Shown here one piece after another: positions 14,368 through 25,746 of a stretch of 64,000 nucleotides of DNA. The notes under the pieces were generated by a model, which saw nothing but the letters and a program-made list of their open reading frames with translations, ran no database searches and was not told the DNA's origin. Position 1 is the stretch's first letter, and each line of letters begins with the position of its first letter. Both the position numbers and the translations under genes were made by a program. Origin of the DNA: Caecitellus pseudoparvulus (taxonomy: Eukaryota; Protista; Bigyra: Bicosoecida). Location: positions 186,001 to 250,000 of the forward strand of contig CBFFRQ010000054.1 in NCBI GenBank assembly GCA_965644315.1, in the 5' to 3' direction.

Positions 14368-15253
14368 CTAAGCGATGAGCTCGACAGCGCCGCCAGCAGC
14401 CTTGATCTTCTGCTCAGCCTTGGCAGAGACGAAGCGGGCCTTGACGAGCAGGGGCAGGTTGGGCAGGGTGCCGGTGCCCAGGACCTTGTAGAAGCCGTGC
14501 TGGGTGACGTCGATGACGAGGGCCTTGGAGGCATCGGCCTTGGCGGCGGAGATGACAGAGGCGTCCACCAGGTTCAGCAGCTTGTCCACGTTGACGGTGG
14601 GGCAGAAGTACTGCTGGTTGGTCTTGTGGAAGTACCGCATACCGACCTTCCCGAAGTAACCAGGATGGAACTTGTCGAACAGAATGCGGTGGTGGTGCTG
14701 GCCACCAGCGTTACCGCGCCCGGAAGGGTGCTTGCGGTGCTTGCCGATGCGGCCATGGCCGGCAGACACGTGGCTGCGCTTCTTGCGGTTCTTCTTCAGG
14801 TGGGTGGTCTGCACAGACAACAAGGAGGGCGTGAAGGTGCAGCGGGAGGGGCGTTGGGCGCTGGACAGCGTGCCACACTGGCAGGCACTCGGAGACTCGA
14901 AGGCAAGGTTTCGGGCGCATGTCCAACAAGCACAGCGACAGTGCCAGCAAGCACATGGTAGTGTGACAGTGCTGTGCCAGGCAAGCCCAGCGTGAGCCCT
15001 TGGCCCTTGCAGGGGCAGGAGCTTGCAACATCAACAGGCAGCAGGTGTCCGAATTCCGCACCCCCGCCGGCAAGCCGCGGTAGCACGACGTGAGCGGGGT
15101 CATGCAGAGCAACCAGGACGCAGGTGCGCACAACATGGGTGACAGGGTCGCCCATTCCCGCGTGTGTGCCACGAAACACCGCCAGGCACTGCCACCCGTG
15201 CGAGACACACTTCAGCCTGCAAACCTGCACACACGCTGCACGGCACGCACCAT
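14368..15253 (-). CDS. RPL27A: 60S ribosomal protein L27a (uL15)
   Basis: The protein contains [46 protein letters not shown]. The predicted first exon is the ATG alone (15253-15251), followed by a 442-nt intron (15250-14809, GTGCGT..GCAG). Confidence 0.97.
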
Positions 15254-15446
15254 CTTGACTGTGATTGAAGCAACTAGCCACAACCAACAGAAGGCGAGAG
15301 AAGCCTACTGTAACACACAAAGTCTTCGGAGGAACAGTGGTGAGAAAGTGCCTGCGGAGGAGCTTGCAAGCAGCAGAGGAAGCGTGGGGGCGAATGTTGC
15401 GTTCCGCGAATGATGCAAAATGGATTCCTAGTCCGGTGCCGCCGTC

Positions 15447-16706
15447 TCAGCACTCCACGCTGACATCGAAGACTTTTACAGCGGGCTTGTTGAAGCGTTT
15501 CTGCCCCACGTCTGTGATGGCGGTGAGTTCTTCTGCGCCACTTTCGCCCTCAACGGGACTTGCGCCGTCTTCAGGATCCGCCGCCTCCTCCGCCGCCACA
15601 TCCTCGCCGCCCTCAGCCACCACCCGTGCTACCCGTTTGAGGTGCATGAGGAAGCCAGTGTGTGGCGTTTCCATCGACTTGGGCCGCGCGACCGGCGGTG
15701 CGATGAGCCACTCTCGGTGGTGCACTTCAATCGTGCGCTCCAACCACAGCGGAATGCTGCCCACACGCACAGCATTGTACACCTGCATCACCTGAGCAAT
15801 GTTGGAGCAGAAGACAACACAGTTGCCGTCAGGCTTCAACACAGTGGCTGCAGCCTTCAGGCACGTCTGTGGAGGGGAAGGGGGGCGGGCATGCTCGGCT
15901 GAGCAAACGGGCTGCATGCTGCGTTGCCTGTGACTCACCCAGGGGCGCAACATGTCCAGCACGACGCCATCTACTTGCAAGTCGTCAGGCAGGGCAGGGG
16001 GTGGCATGTTCTCCTCGTCCTGACCCCCATTCTCCTCGCCAGGCCATTGGGACAGGTCGCCTGGCAGGAAGGTCACGTTGGCCGTGGGGCTGGCAGCCTC
16101 CGGTGTGGAAGCAGGGGAAAAGAAGCGTTCAATTTCCGCACGCGCCGCCTCCTGTGCGGCAGGCCGGTTGTCCACCGTGAACACCCTGCCGCTGGGGCCG
16201 ACTGCCCGGCTGAGCCAGGTGGTCATGCCGCCTGCTCCCGTGCCAGCCTCCAGCACGACCTGGCCAGGCTGCACGTCCAGGAGCAGGGAAACAGCCGCAC
16301 AGTCCTTGGGGAAGGACGGCGTCGTCTTGCGTGCGTTGATGGTGCAGAAGTCTGTGAATGCCGGCCGCAGCACACGCACGGTGGCCTTCTGGCGCTTGCC
16401 ATCGGGCCGAGTGCGGCCCGACGTGAGCACGGCGCCGACTCCTGCCGCCAGGATATCTGCATGTTTCACAGGGACACTGCCTTCGGTGTGCACAGCCCCC
16501 TCTCGCAGGCGCACCATGCGCCGAGTTCCGTTCGGTCGCTGTGGGAGGAGGAATGGAACCAGGCATGCAGCGAGTCGGACCACACTGCGGCGCAGTCCGG
16601 CGCTGCAACGCACACCCAGGGTCACAAGATCTCCATATGTCAATTGACGGATCCACTGCATAGGCTTCGCCTGGGAAACTCCCCTGGCGTGCAGTAGGGC
16701 AGCCAT
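15447..16706 (-). CDS. tRNA (adenine-58-N1)-methyltransferase catalytic subunit, TrmI/TRMT61B-like, possibly mitochondrial
   Basis: Motifs: SFPKD, LLDVQPGQVVLEAGTGAGGMT (SAM binding), VVLDMLRPW, HTGFL. There is an in-frame 72-nt intron at 15938-15867 (GTGAGT..ACAG). Confidence 0.9.
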   Translation of the reverse strand: MAALLHARGVSQAKPMQWIRQLTYGDLVTLGVRCSAGLRRSVVRLAACLVPFLLPQRPNGTRRMVRLREGAVHTEGSVPVKHADILAAGVGAVLTSGRTRPDGKRQKATVRVLRPAFTDFCTINARKTTPSFPKDCAAVSLLLDVQPGQVVLEAGTGAGGMTTWLSRAVGPSGRVFTVDNRPAAQEAARAEIERFFSPASTPEAASPTANVTFLPGDLSQWPGEENGGQDEENMPPPALPDDLQVDGVVLDMLRPWVSHRQRSMQPVCSAEHARPPSPPQTCLKAAATVLKPDGNCVVFCSNIAQVMQVYNAVRVGSIPLWLERTIEVHHREWLIAPPVARPKSMETPHTGFLMHLKRVARVVAEGGEDVAAEEAADPEDGASPVEGESGAEELTAITDVGQKRFNKPAVKVFDVSVEC

Positions 16707-17082
16707 GTGGAGCGGCGGAAATTGGTTGCGGATTTCGCGAGCAAGTCAAGGGCAGGGTTGCGAGTGACAGCACACTAGTGCGGCAGGGAGCACCACAAGA
16801 TTCTTCAGGGTGCTCACTCCTTTACGTGTATTCTGTTTCATTTTGTGTTGCAGACTGGAACAGGCTTGAGCCTCGCTGTTGTCTGGCGGCTGAGAGCAAC
16901 AAGCGGACCCTTCTCAAAAACAAGTCTTCCATGCACTGACACGACCGCTCTGCGCTTCTTCATGCCTCTTTCGGCAACCCTTGGCTGTTTTTCGTTGCTT
17001 GAAATCATTCTTTGCACTTGAACCGCGGAGGGGGCGCCTCAGCACTCTACTGGCGCTGTGCAGCGGAGACCAGCACCGCAGC

Positions 17083-18605
17083 ATGTGCCGCACACGCCGA
17101 CATGACCGCTTCCTGTGCCTGAGTTCAGATGATAAGTGCTCCGTGCGCACAGCCTCTTTATGTTGCTTGGGCCCCTGGTTCTGCCTTGCGCTGGGCGCCA
17201 CCATCAGCGTCGTGGCGCTGACGGGGAAAGCAGGGTGGGCCGTCCCCCAACACGGCCAGGCGTGGGTGGTGGAGAACTGGCAGCCCGCGGTCTGCAACGT
17301 CACAGCCATGAACATGAGGAGCATCCAGTACTGTGGCAGTTCTCATGACGACGATGACGACGATGTGCACCGCAGCAGTCGCCGGTCGCGGCATGCGCAG
17401 CAAGAGGACCAGCGCGTTGCGGCGCAATTTCCGCAGGTCGCTGGCAGCGTCCAGCGCTTCCTGGGCTCTGCTTTGGACAGTGGGGATGAAGTAGAACACG
17501 AACGATCTCTTCGCTCCTCTTCCTGTGGCTGCACGGAGAACTGTGCGTGGCTTCCCGCACTCGAGTGCCGCTCACTGCTTCGCAGCACGCGCTGAATCTC
17601 CCCCCTTTCACAGACCGTGCCGTGTACGCAGTCACTGTCACTCTGCCGCTGACAGGCGCAGCGCAGGGCGTCATGAACCAAGTGGAGCAGCAGTCCTGCG
17701 CCGTGCAGAAGATCGCCTCTGCGCCCTCTGGCGCTGTGCGTTACACAGGCGCCACGGCCTGTGAGCTCACCTCCCTGCCCTGCCTGTACTCAAAACGCTC
17801 TGGCTGCAGCTCTTCCTCCTGCTCCAGCAGCCCTTACGACAAGGGCAAGTGCCCACAGTTCAACCCCATTCGTAACTGCAATGGTTACGAGGCGGTGGGC
17901 TCACCAGATGGCCTGGAGGCTCGTCTTGGACAATTCTTGCCCTGCTGGGTGAGCAAGCAGGAAGCGGCATGGGTGACTCTCACAAACCCGCGATCTCTGC
18001 CGCTCCGGCCCATGTACGCGGGGTGGCTGGCCAGTGTCATCATCGGTTCCGTGGCCTTGTGCTGCTGCACGTCAGCTGTTGTGGGGGCGTGCTGCTCAGG
18101 GGCCAAGAAACGCCGCCAGCAACGTGCAGAGGCGGCGAGGGAGGGGGATGTTGCCCCCCCTCCCGGGGGATATCAGCCCCTGGGCCGCAGTGTCTCCACG
18201 CCACTCCTTGTGCCCTCTGCGCTGCCCCCCTCGCCCGAACCCCAAAGCGGTTTCCCCGATGCGCCTGAGGGGGGTGCAGGGAGCATGCCACCCCCCCCCG
18301 CATACGCCATGCCTGGGGCTGTGCCAGGTGGGATGGGGGGGGGTCTGGCCCCTCCCCCCACACAGTACAGCCCGTATGGCAGCACCCCCGCCTACCCCAC
18401 ACCCGCCTATCCAGTGGCTCCATACCCTGGCCAGCCGCCCGCCGGCACAGGGGGGTTGCCCCCCCCCTACCCAGGGCAAGCGCCACAGGGCCAGGCTGTG
18501 CCCCCCCCTGCATATGGGTACTCTGCACCTGCCCAGCCCGCCCAGGCCCCAGCACCCTCCCCTGCACCGAGTGGCTACGGCTACACGCCAACGTCTGGTT
18601 TGTAG
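17083..18605 (+). CDS. Hypothetical two-TM protein with a Cys-rich loop and a Pro/Tyr-rich tail (PPxY motifs)
   Basis: Two ORFs are joined in frame by intron 17543-17613 (GTGCGT..ACAG). Hydrophobic segments are CCLGPWFCLALGATISVVALTG and WLASVIIGSVALCCCTSAVVGACC. The tail carries PPAY, PPPY and PPAY. Confidence 0.65.
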
Positions 18606-18879
18606 AGGAGGCTGCGTGTACACACGCCGTGCTGCGTTTCGCCTGTTCGCGACCTTCCATGCTTCCTGACCTGCCCTGCAGGCCGCAATGCAGCTGCTTT
18701 GCGGCCATGGCCACGGCGCAAAACATGTGCATTAGAAAACAATACAATTACCACCCCCGACCGCCACACGGGAACCCTGCCGTTCCGCCCAAGGCCGGTT
18801 CATATCCAGGCCAAGGCTGCAAGGTGGGGGCAGACGCAAAACACGCCAACGCAAGCTTCCTGCGTTGCCGTCACGACAC

Positions 18880-19730
18880 TCAAGACTTGGGTGCGCCGAA
18901 GGCTTCAGGCATGCGCTCGATGGTGAACTTGCGCTGGGAAATGTACATGATGGGCACACCTGGGATCTTCCGAATGCGGCGTTTGAGGTCTTTGTCGCAG
19001 GTGGCGACGATGTAGCACTTGTGCGCGTTGGCCAGGCGCACGAGGCAGTCGTCAGCATAGGTGCCCTTGCAGCCGCAGGTGATGCGCTCCACACGGGGGT
19101 CCTTGGCCATGCGCAGGGCAACGCGGAACTTGGTGCCCAGCTTCTCCAACTCGGCCATGACGCAGTCCGTGACACAGGGAATGCCTGGGGGAAGGAGGGG
19201 GTGTGCGGGGGGACTGTTGCGGGCACAGAGGGGGGTGCGGTGTGCTCGAAAACCCGCCCCCTGCAGGGCGTCATGTCCCCGAGCTCAGTTTTCCATTGGC
19301 CCGCACTGGTAGCGAGTGGGATCAGGTAGCTCGGGTGGCAGCAGGGGGGGTGGGGGGTGCGCACGCACACTTTGCGAGGAGGCAGTCCATCATGGCCCGC
19401 ACCAGGTCCAGCTTGTTCTTGATGGCGAAGTTGATGAAGTTCGTGTCCACCAACACGTGGTAGGGCGGGCCCAGTTGTGTGTTATACGCGAAGAAGAGGC
19501 TTGCTGAGTGCTTCTGCCTGGCAGGGGAGAGCGGCGGCGCGCGGTGTGCGTGTGTGCATGCGGAACATGGCCCAGCGCCACAGCCAGCCTCGAGCCACGT
19601 ACAGGTTGCGCACGGCGCCCTTCTTCTTCTTTTCTTCCGCTGCAGCTTCTTGGTTGGCCTTCAGGCGCATGTCCGTCTTGGCCAGGATCTTCTTCAGGCC
19701 GATCTTCTTCGTCTTGCGTGTCTTGCCCAT
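18880..19730 (-). CDS. FCF1: rRNA-processing PIN-domain nuclease Fcf1/Utp24
   Basis: Spliced protein: MGKTRKTKK..; [27 protein letters not shown]; [17 protein letters not shown]; KGTYADDC; [24 protein letters not shown]. Introns are 19602-19518 and 19368-19185. Confidence 0.95.
19212..19338 (-). ncRNA. Box H/ACA snoRNA candidate in FCF1 intron 2; predicted LSU rRNA pseudouridine guide
   Basis: Perfect 8-bp stem CCCGAGCU/AGCUCGGG, pocket strands ACCUGA and AAACUG, and H box ACAUGA (ANANNA, 19276-19271) 15 nt from the pocket top. A second G/C hairpin follows, then ACA+3 nt (19217-19212). The pocket pairs with the LSU sequence CAGUUU-UA-UCAGGU (rRNA sequence recalled from memory). Confidence 0.8.
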
Positions 19731-20240
19731 GGTGCTCGAAACGCTGTTGCAACGCGGCCACTTGCACCTCCCCACAACTCGCACCAGCCGCACCAGACGC
19801 TTCCAGGCTCCGTGCTTGGGAATCAGACAGAGTGCAGTGGCTTCTTCCCTGCCAGACGAGTATGGCTTTCGGTGTGGAATTTGATCCAAGCGCGCAGTTG
19901 GCAGTTCCCTGCAGTGGGGGAGCAAGCAAGTGCATTGCAAATGGGACGAGTTGACGAGGGGCAGCACACTGCTTACCCCATGCACAATCACGATACTTCA
20001 CGACCTGCGCAGGCGGGCAGTCGGTTGGGAGCAGTGCAGCAGGTGTCGGGAGCAGGGTGCGGCACGGCACTCGCAGGCAGTGCTGTCAGATCGATTAACG
20101 TCTCATGTACATGCTCACAATAGGCGGCGCGAGCTCAACGGTGTCCTAAGATAAACATCATTCAGCAGGGGGGCGCACACGGACCACGCGCACTCACTTG
20201 ACAAATTGACAGTTTGGACACCTCAGCGTCCTGGCACGTC

Positions 20241-21421
20241 TCAGGCCGACCCGCCCCCCAGCTTCAGCAGGCGTGTTTCCTGGTGGTGCTGCACACAGGC
20301 CTTGGAACAGAGGCGCGCCCCCGTGCGGGGGCAGACGGTGCCCCCCCACGCAGGCCCCTCACACACGGAGCAGGCCCCCCCCCGTCGTGGGTGGACCAGG
20401 GGGGCCGCCAAATCAGCGGGGGACGGATCCAGTCTCGTGTCCCCACCCTCCTCTTCGCCCCCGGCCACTGCTGCCTCCAGACTGGCCACGGAGCGGAAGA
20501 GCAGCCTGGAGCGGGGCCAGGAAGTGCAGGGCTGTGCAGCCACAGCTGGCACTTGGAGCGAGGGGGGGAGCAGCTTGGCAGCGGCTGACGGGGTCAGGGT
20601 CGGTGCCAGACACAGGGGCAGGTCTGGGCCGGCGGTGACGAGGCCTGCCGCTGGCGTGGGGGGTTCGCCACTAGCGGGGGCAGGGGGCAGCTGTGGAGGG
20701 AGGAGGGTGTGAGGATGAGGGCGGGTGTGGAGGGTGTGCGTGTGGACTGAGGGGCACGTGTGAAACCTCAGGAAAAAATTAGAGTGTTTGAGTATGGAGT
20801 CATCAAGGAGCGAACACGCTCAGACATGTGTGAATGATCATCAGGGGTCTCACACAGGCCGGGAGCAGGCTGGGCACGCACCATGTTCAGCAGAGTGCGC
20901 TGCAGGCTGAGAATACGACGGGTGGGAGCTGCGGATTTTCGCCGGCCCTTGGCCCGGTTGGGCGGGCCTTTCGTCCCAGGTGCCCCCGCAGCCTCCTCCT
21001 CGCTGTCCACCCACTCGTCGTCGCCAGCGGCATCTTCCTCCACGTTGCGCAGGTTCGTGTGCTCAAGGCGAGCGGCACGTGCGATGGAGGCCTGTGCAGA
21101 GAGACGGCAGTGTGGCTGGTGCTGCAACTGACACTGGCACTTCTGAGCTGACAGGGCGGCCGGCACGCACGAGGAGCTGAGCGGATGGGTCCAGGCCTTG
21201 GACACGACTGGACACCGTGCGTTTCCGACCTGATCACAGAGGGAGGGGGAGGCCGGGAGCGTGATGCAGTGCTGCGCTGGTGGTGGAGTGCGTGCGGAAT
21301 TGGGCGTCGGCCACACACCTGACGCGCGTGTGCGCTTGCGGGAGGCCTTCTTCAGGGCTTTGTGCCCCTCCCGGGCCATGAGTTCATCCCACCCCCGCCG
21401 CTGGCGGCGTGATGCCTCCAT
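20241..21421 (-). CDS. ZNHIT1: Zinc-finger HIT protein 1 (Swc6/Vps71, SWR1/SRCAP complex)
   Basis: The C-terminus CSVC..CPRTGARLCSKACVQHHQETRLLK matches the ZNHIT1 HIT finger and HQETR tail. The N-terminal part has RLEHTN followed by an acidic and then a basic stretch. Three predicted introns; the last is 20881-20691. Confidence 0.8.
20758..20855 (-). ncRNA. Box C/D snoRNA in the last ZNHIT1 intron; predicted 18S rRNA 2'-O-methylation guide (snR53-like target region)
   Basis: Terminal stem GUGUGAGACC/GGUUUCACAC; box C CUGAUGA (20844-20838), D' CUGA (20823-20820), C' UGAUGA (20805-20800), D CUGA (20771-20768). The guide AAACACUCUAAUUUUUUC is complementary to conserved 18S GAAAAAAUUAGAGUGUU. 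Confidence 0.92.
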
Positions 21422-21801
21422 CCTGCCAGGCCTCGTTGCCGTGCAGGGGGCAGCTCACGATGCGGGAGCTGGCCACGGGAGTGGGAACGGCCGACCACGC
21501 CACCCCCGCCCTGCACGGCGAAGCACTGGCAGGATGGAGGCTGGCTGGCGATGCACCGGGCAGTGTGTTTTACGGAGACGCTGCTCTTCGCGACGCAGTG
21601 TCTACGAGTCGTGTGAGGGGGGGGTGCAAGTTGCCCGAAGGGGGGTGGCACTGCCAATTCCGCACCCACCACTCGCGCCTGCAAATCCCGCGCACTGAAC
21701 TGCCCAATGAGCGCCAACACTGCAGGACGAAAGGAGCCTCGTCCTTGCAACTGGTTGGAACGGCGCCTTGTGCGTGACAGGTGCCCCCTGCCCCCGCCAC
21801 C

Positions 21802-24800
21802 ATGCTCGTGAAGTTCGACACCAAGAGCGTGCGGGTGAAGGGCTTGGCCTTCCACGCCAAGCGCCCATGGATCCTGGCCGCCCTGCACGACGGCGAGGTG
21901 CAGCTGTGGGACTACCAGATGGGCGTGCAGGTGGACCGCTTTGCGGAGCACGAGGGGCCTGTGCGTGGCGTGGACTTCAACGCGACACAGCCGCTGTTTG
22001 TGACGGGCGGTGACGACGCCCGCATCAAAGTGTGGAACCACAAGCAGCGCCGGTGCCTGTTCACGCTGCTGGGGCACTTGGACTACATTCGCACGGTGAA
22101 GTTCCACTCGGAGTACCCGTGGATCGTCTCGGCGTCGGACGACCAGACGATTCGCATTTGGAACTGGCAGGCGCGGTCCTGTGTCAGCGTCATGACGGGG
22201 CACAACCACTACGTCATGTCGGCCGCCTTCCACCCCCGGGACGACATGGTCGTGTCTGCTTCCCTGGACAACACCGTGCGCGTGTGGGACACGACGGGTG
22301 CGTGCGCCGCCACGTGGAGTGTCCGCCCGTGGCACGCCCATGAAACGCTTCCGCTGCCACGCAACATCGCCTCACGCCGTGCTCCGCCTGCGCCACCACA
22401 GGCCTGCGCAAGAAGACTGTGCGCACAGGACCCCCTACTGCACGCGTTGGCGGTGCTGACGCGGAGTTGTTCGGCGCCATGGACGCTGTGGTGAAGTACG
22501 TGTTGGAGGGGCACGAGCGTGGTGTGAACTGGGCAGCTTTCCACCCGACCCAGCCCCTCATCGTCTCGGGGTCCGATGACCGCACCATCAAGCTGTGGCG
22601 CATGTCCGACACTCGGGCGTGGGAGGTGGACTCCATGCGTGGGCACAACAACAACGTCTCGTGTGTCGTGTACCACCCCCGCCACGAGCTCATCGTGTCA
22701 AATTCCGAGGATCGCTCCATCCGCGTGTGGGACGCCAACAAGCGCGTGCTGCTGCACACGTACCGCCGGGAGGGGGACCGCTTCTGGATCTTGGCGGCAC
22801 ACCCCACGCGCAACCTGCTGGCTGCAGGGCACGACTCAGGCCTGTCTGTGTTCAAGCTGGACCGCGAGCGGCCACCCTTTGACTCGGCAGGGGGCGATGT
22901 CCTGTTCGTGAAGGACCGGTACATCCGGCGCGCTGGCTTGGAGGCGGGGGGCGAGGGCTCCCCCGTCGTCGCCACGCGGCGGTACGGCGGCCAGTTCAAC
23001 TTCGCCGCGCGCCTGCGCACGCTGCTGGCCAACCCCTTCCATGCTGGAGCTGGGCACTCTGTGCTCGTCACGACCCGAGCCGACGCTGGGTCGTGGGATA
23101 TGTTCAGCCTGCCAGGCCCCTCAGGCACGGCAGCTGACCCCGTGCACGGCTCGGGCCTGGCTGCGGCCTTCCTGTCCCGCAACAAGTTCGTGACGCTGGA
23201 CCGTGCGACGCGGAATTTGCAGGTGCGGGACTTCACCGGCGCCGTCACGAAAGTCGTCCCCGCGCCCAACGCACGCGCCGACAAGCTGTTCCAGGCCTCC
23301 ACCTCTGGGCGTGTGCTGGTCAAGAGTGGCGACCGCGTGTCCCTCTTCGAGATCGCGTCTCGCCGGGAGCTGAACGAGGTGGCTGGCCTCGTCGTCAAGT
23401 ACGTCACCTGGTCCGCCGACGGCGAGTTCGTCGCGCTGCAGGGCAAGACCGGCATCGTCCTGGCCACGCGCAACCTGACCAAGCTCTGCGCCATTACGGA
23501 GGCCTCCCGCATCAAGGGCGGCGCCTGGGACGCCAACGGCGTCTTCGTGTACACCACCGTCTCCCACATCAAGTATGTCGTGGCGGGGCCAGCGGGGGAC
23601 CGGGGTGTCGTGCGGTCGCTGGGCGTGCCGCTGTACCCCGTCGCCATCGCCGACGGCGTGCTCACCGCCTTCAACCGCCAGCACTCCCTGGTCAAGGTGA
23701 AGCTGGACACGACGGAGTACCGATTCAAGATCGCGCTGGGGTCGCGCGATTACGGCGAAGTGCTGCGCATCATCAACACGGGCCGCCTGGCGGGCGCCGC
23801 CGTCATCTCCTACTTGCGCAAGGCTGGTTTCCCCGAGGTGGCCCTGCACTTTGCCCGTGACCCCCGCACCCGGTTCGCCCTGGCAGTGGAGTGCGGCAAC
23901 TTGACCGCCGCAGAGGCGGCAGCAGGGGAGCTGGATGACCCCGCCGCGTGGAAGGACCTGGGGCAGGCGGCACTGGAGCAGGGCGACGTGGAGCTGGCCT
24001 CCACCGTATTTCGCCGGACAGGGGACGCCGCCCAGCTGGCCTTCCTGGCCCTCATCACGGGGCGCCTGGGGGAGGTGTCTGCCGCCGGCGCCAAGGCCGC
24101 CACCGCCCTGGCAGGGGGCGACAAGGATGCCGTCATGACAGCCTTCTCTGCCGCCCTGCTGACGGGCGACGTGCCGCAGCGCGTGCGTGTGCTGGAGGCG
24201 GCGGGGCAGATCGCCCTCGCGTACACCACCGCCACCCTGCACGGGCTGAGCGAGGCGGCGGACCGCCTGCGGGGTTTCCTGGAGGAGGCGGGGTTGCCGG
24301 TGCCGAATGTGGGGGCGGTGGCGGGGGGTGGGCCCAGTCCCCCCGCCCTGCTGGGCCCACCCCCCGCCCTGCTCTCAGGCACCTCCTGGCCTCGCCTGGC
24401 CATTTCGCAGTCGGTCTTCGATGCGGCTGTGGCGGGGGGGGGTGCTGCCGGGCAGGAGGGGGGGTCCGCTGCCGCCGCCGCCGCAGCTGCTCTGGACGCC
24501 GCGGTGGCTGAGGCCGTGGACCCTGACGCCTGGGACGACGGGCTGGACCTGGGCCTGGATGGACCCGGGGACCGCCCAGCAGGGGGGGACACGGGTGCCG
24601 GAGGGGGGGCGGACGCTGCCTGGCCGGGGGGGGACCTGGACCTGGACCTGTCCGAGTTCGACCTGCCCAGTGGCGGGGAGGGGGGTGCAGGGGGGGGTGA
24701 CGGCCTGGGGGACATGGATGTGGGGGACATCTTCGTGGCGCCCACGTCCGGCTCCCCCCCCGCCCAGGTGTGGGTGGGCAACTCCACCCTGGCGGGGGAC

Positions 24801-25712
24801 CACGCCGCAGCTGGCGCCTTTGCCTCTGCCGCGGAGCTGCTGAACCGCCAGCTGGGCATCGTGAACTTCACGCCGCTCCTGCCTGCGCTGCGGGCCGCAC
24901 ACCAGGCGACGAGCCTGTCCGTGCCTGCGCTGCCTGGCCTGCCGGGTGTGGCGGTGCCGCTGCACAGGGGGGATGTGGACGGGCCGCCTCCGGGGGCGGC
25001 CGCCCAGCCGCGTATTACGGTCACCCTGGCCGGCGCCATGGCTTCCCTCACCAGCATGTACGCATCCTTCCTGCGGGGCAAGTTCGCCGACGTCGCTCGC
25101 ACGTGCGACGCGCTCTTTGCGACCCTGCCCCTCATCGTCGTCGCGACGCGCAAGGAAGAGACAGAGGTGCTCGCCATCCTCAAAGCCGCCCGTGAGTACA
25201 AGACCGCCGTCACGCTGGAATTGGCGCGCAAAGGCACTGCCGCAGACACGCCCGAGGGGCTGGGGCGCCAGGTGGAGCTGGCAGCGTACATGACGCACTG
25301 CGAGCTGGAGCCTGCCCACATGCTGCTGGCGCTGAACTTGGCCATGACAGTGGCCTTCAAGGCCAAGAACTTCATCCACGCTGCTGCCTTCGCGCGCCGT
25401 CTGCTGGAGGTGCCTGGCGCCGCCGCACCCGCCAACGCCAAACTGGCCACCAAGGCGAAGAAAGTGCTGGCCCTCAGCGAGCAGCAAGCACGCAACGCCA
25501 TCACCATCGACTACGACGCCAAGAACCCCTTCGACATCTGCTGTGGCAGCCTCACGCCCATCTACCGCGGCAGCCCTCTCTTGCGCAGCCCATACTCCGG
25601 CGCTGCCTACACGCCGCAATTCCGCGGCAGTGTCTGTGCCATTGACGGCATGGCAGCAGTGGGTGTGGAGACGCTGGGGCTGGTGGTGCGCTCAGCAGCG
25701 CAGCAGGGCTGA
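21802..25712 (+). CDS. COPA: Coatomer subunit alpha
   Basis: Starts [18 protein letters not shown], with WD40 repeats ([33 protein letters not shown]) and C-terminal [25 protein letters not shown]. Intron 22298-22401 restores DTTGLRKK. Confidence 0.97.
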
Positions 25713-25746
25713 ACAATGCACGCGTTTGCATTGGGACTGGCGCCGC

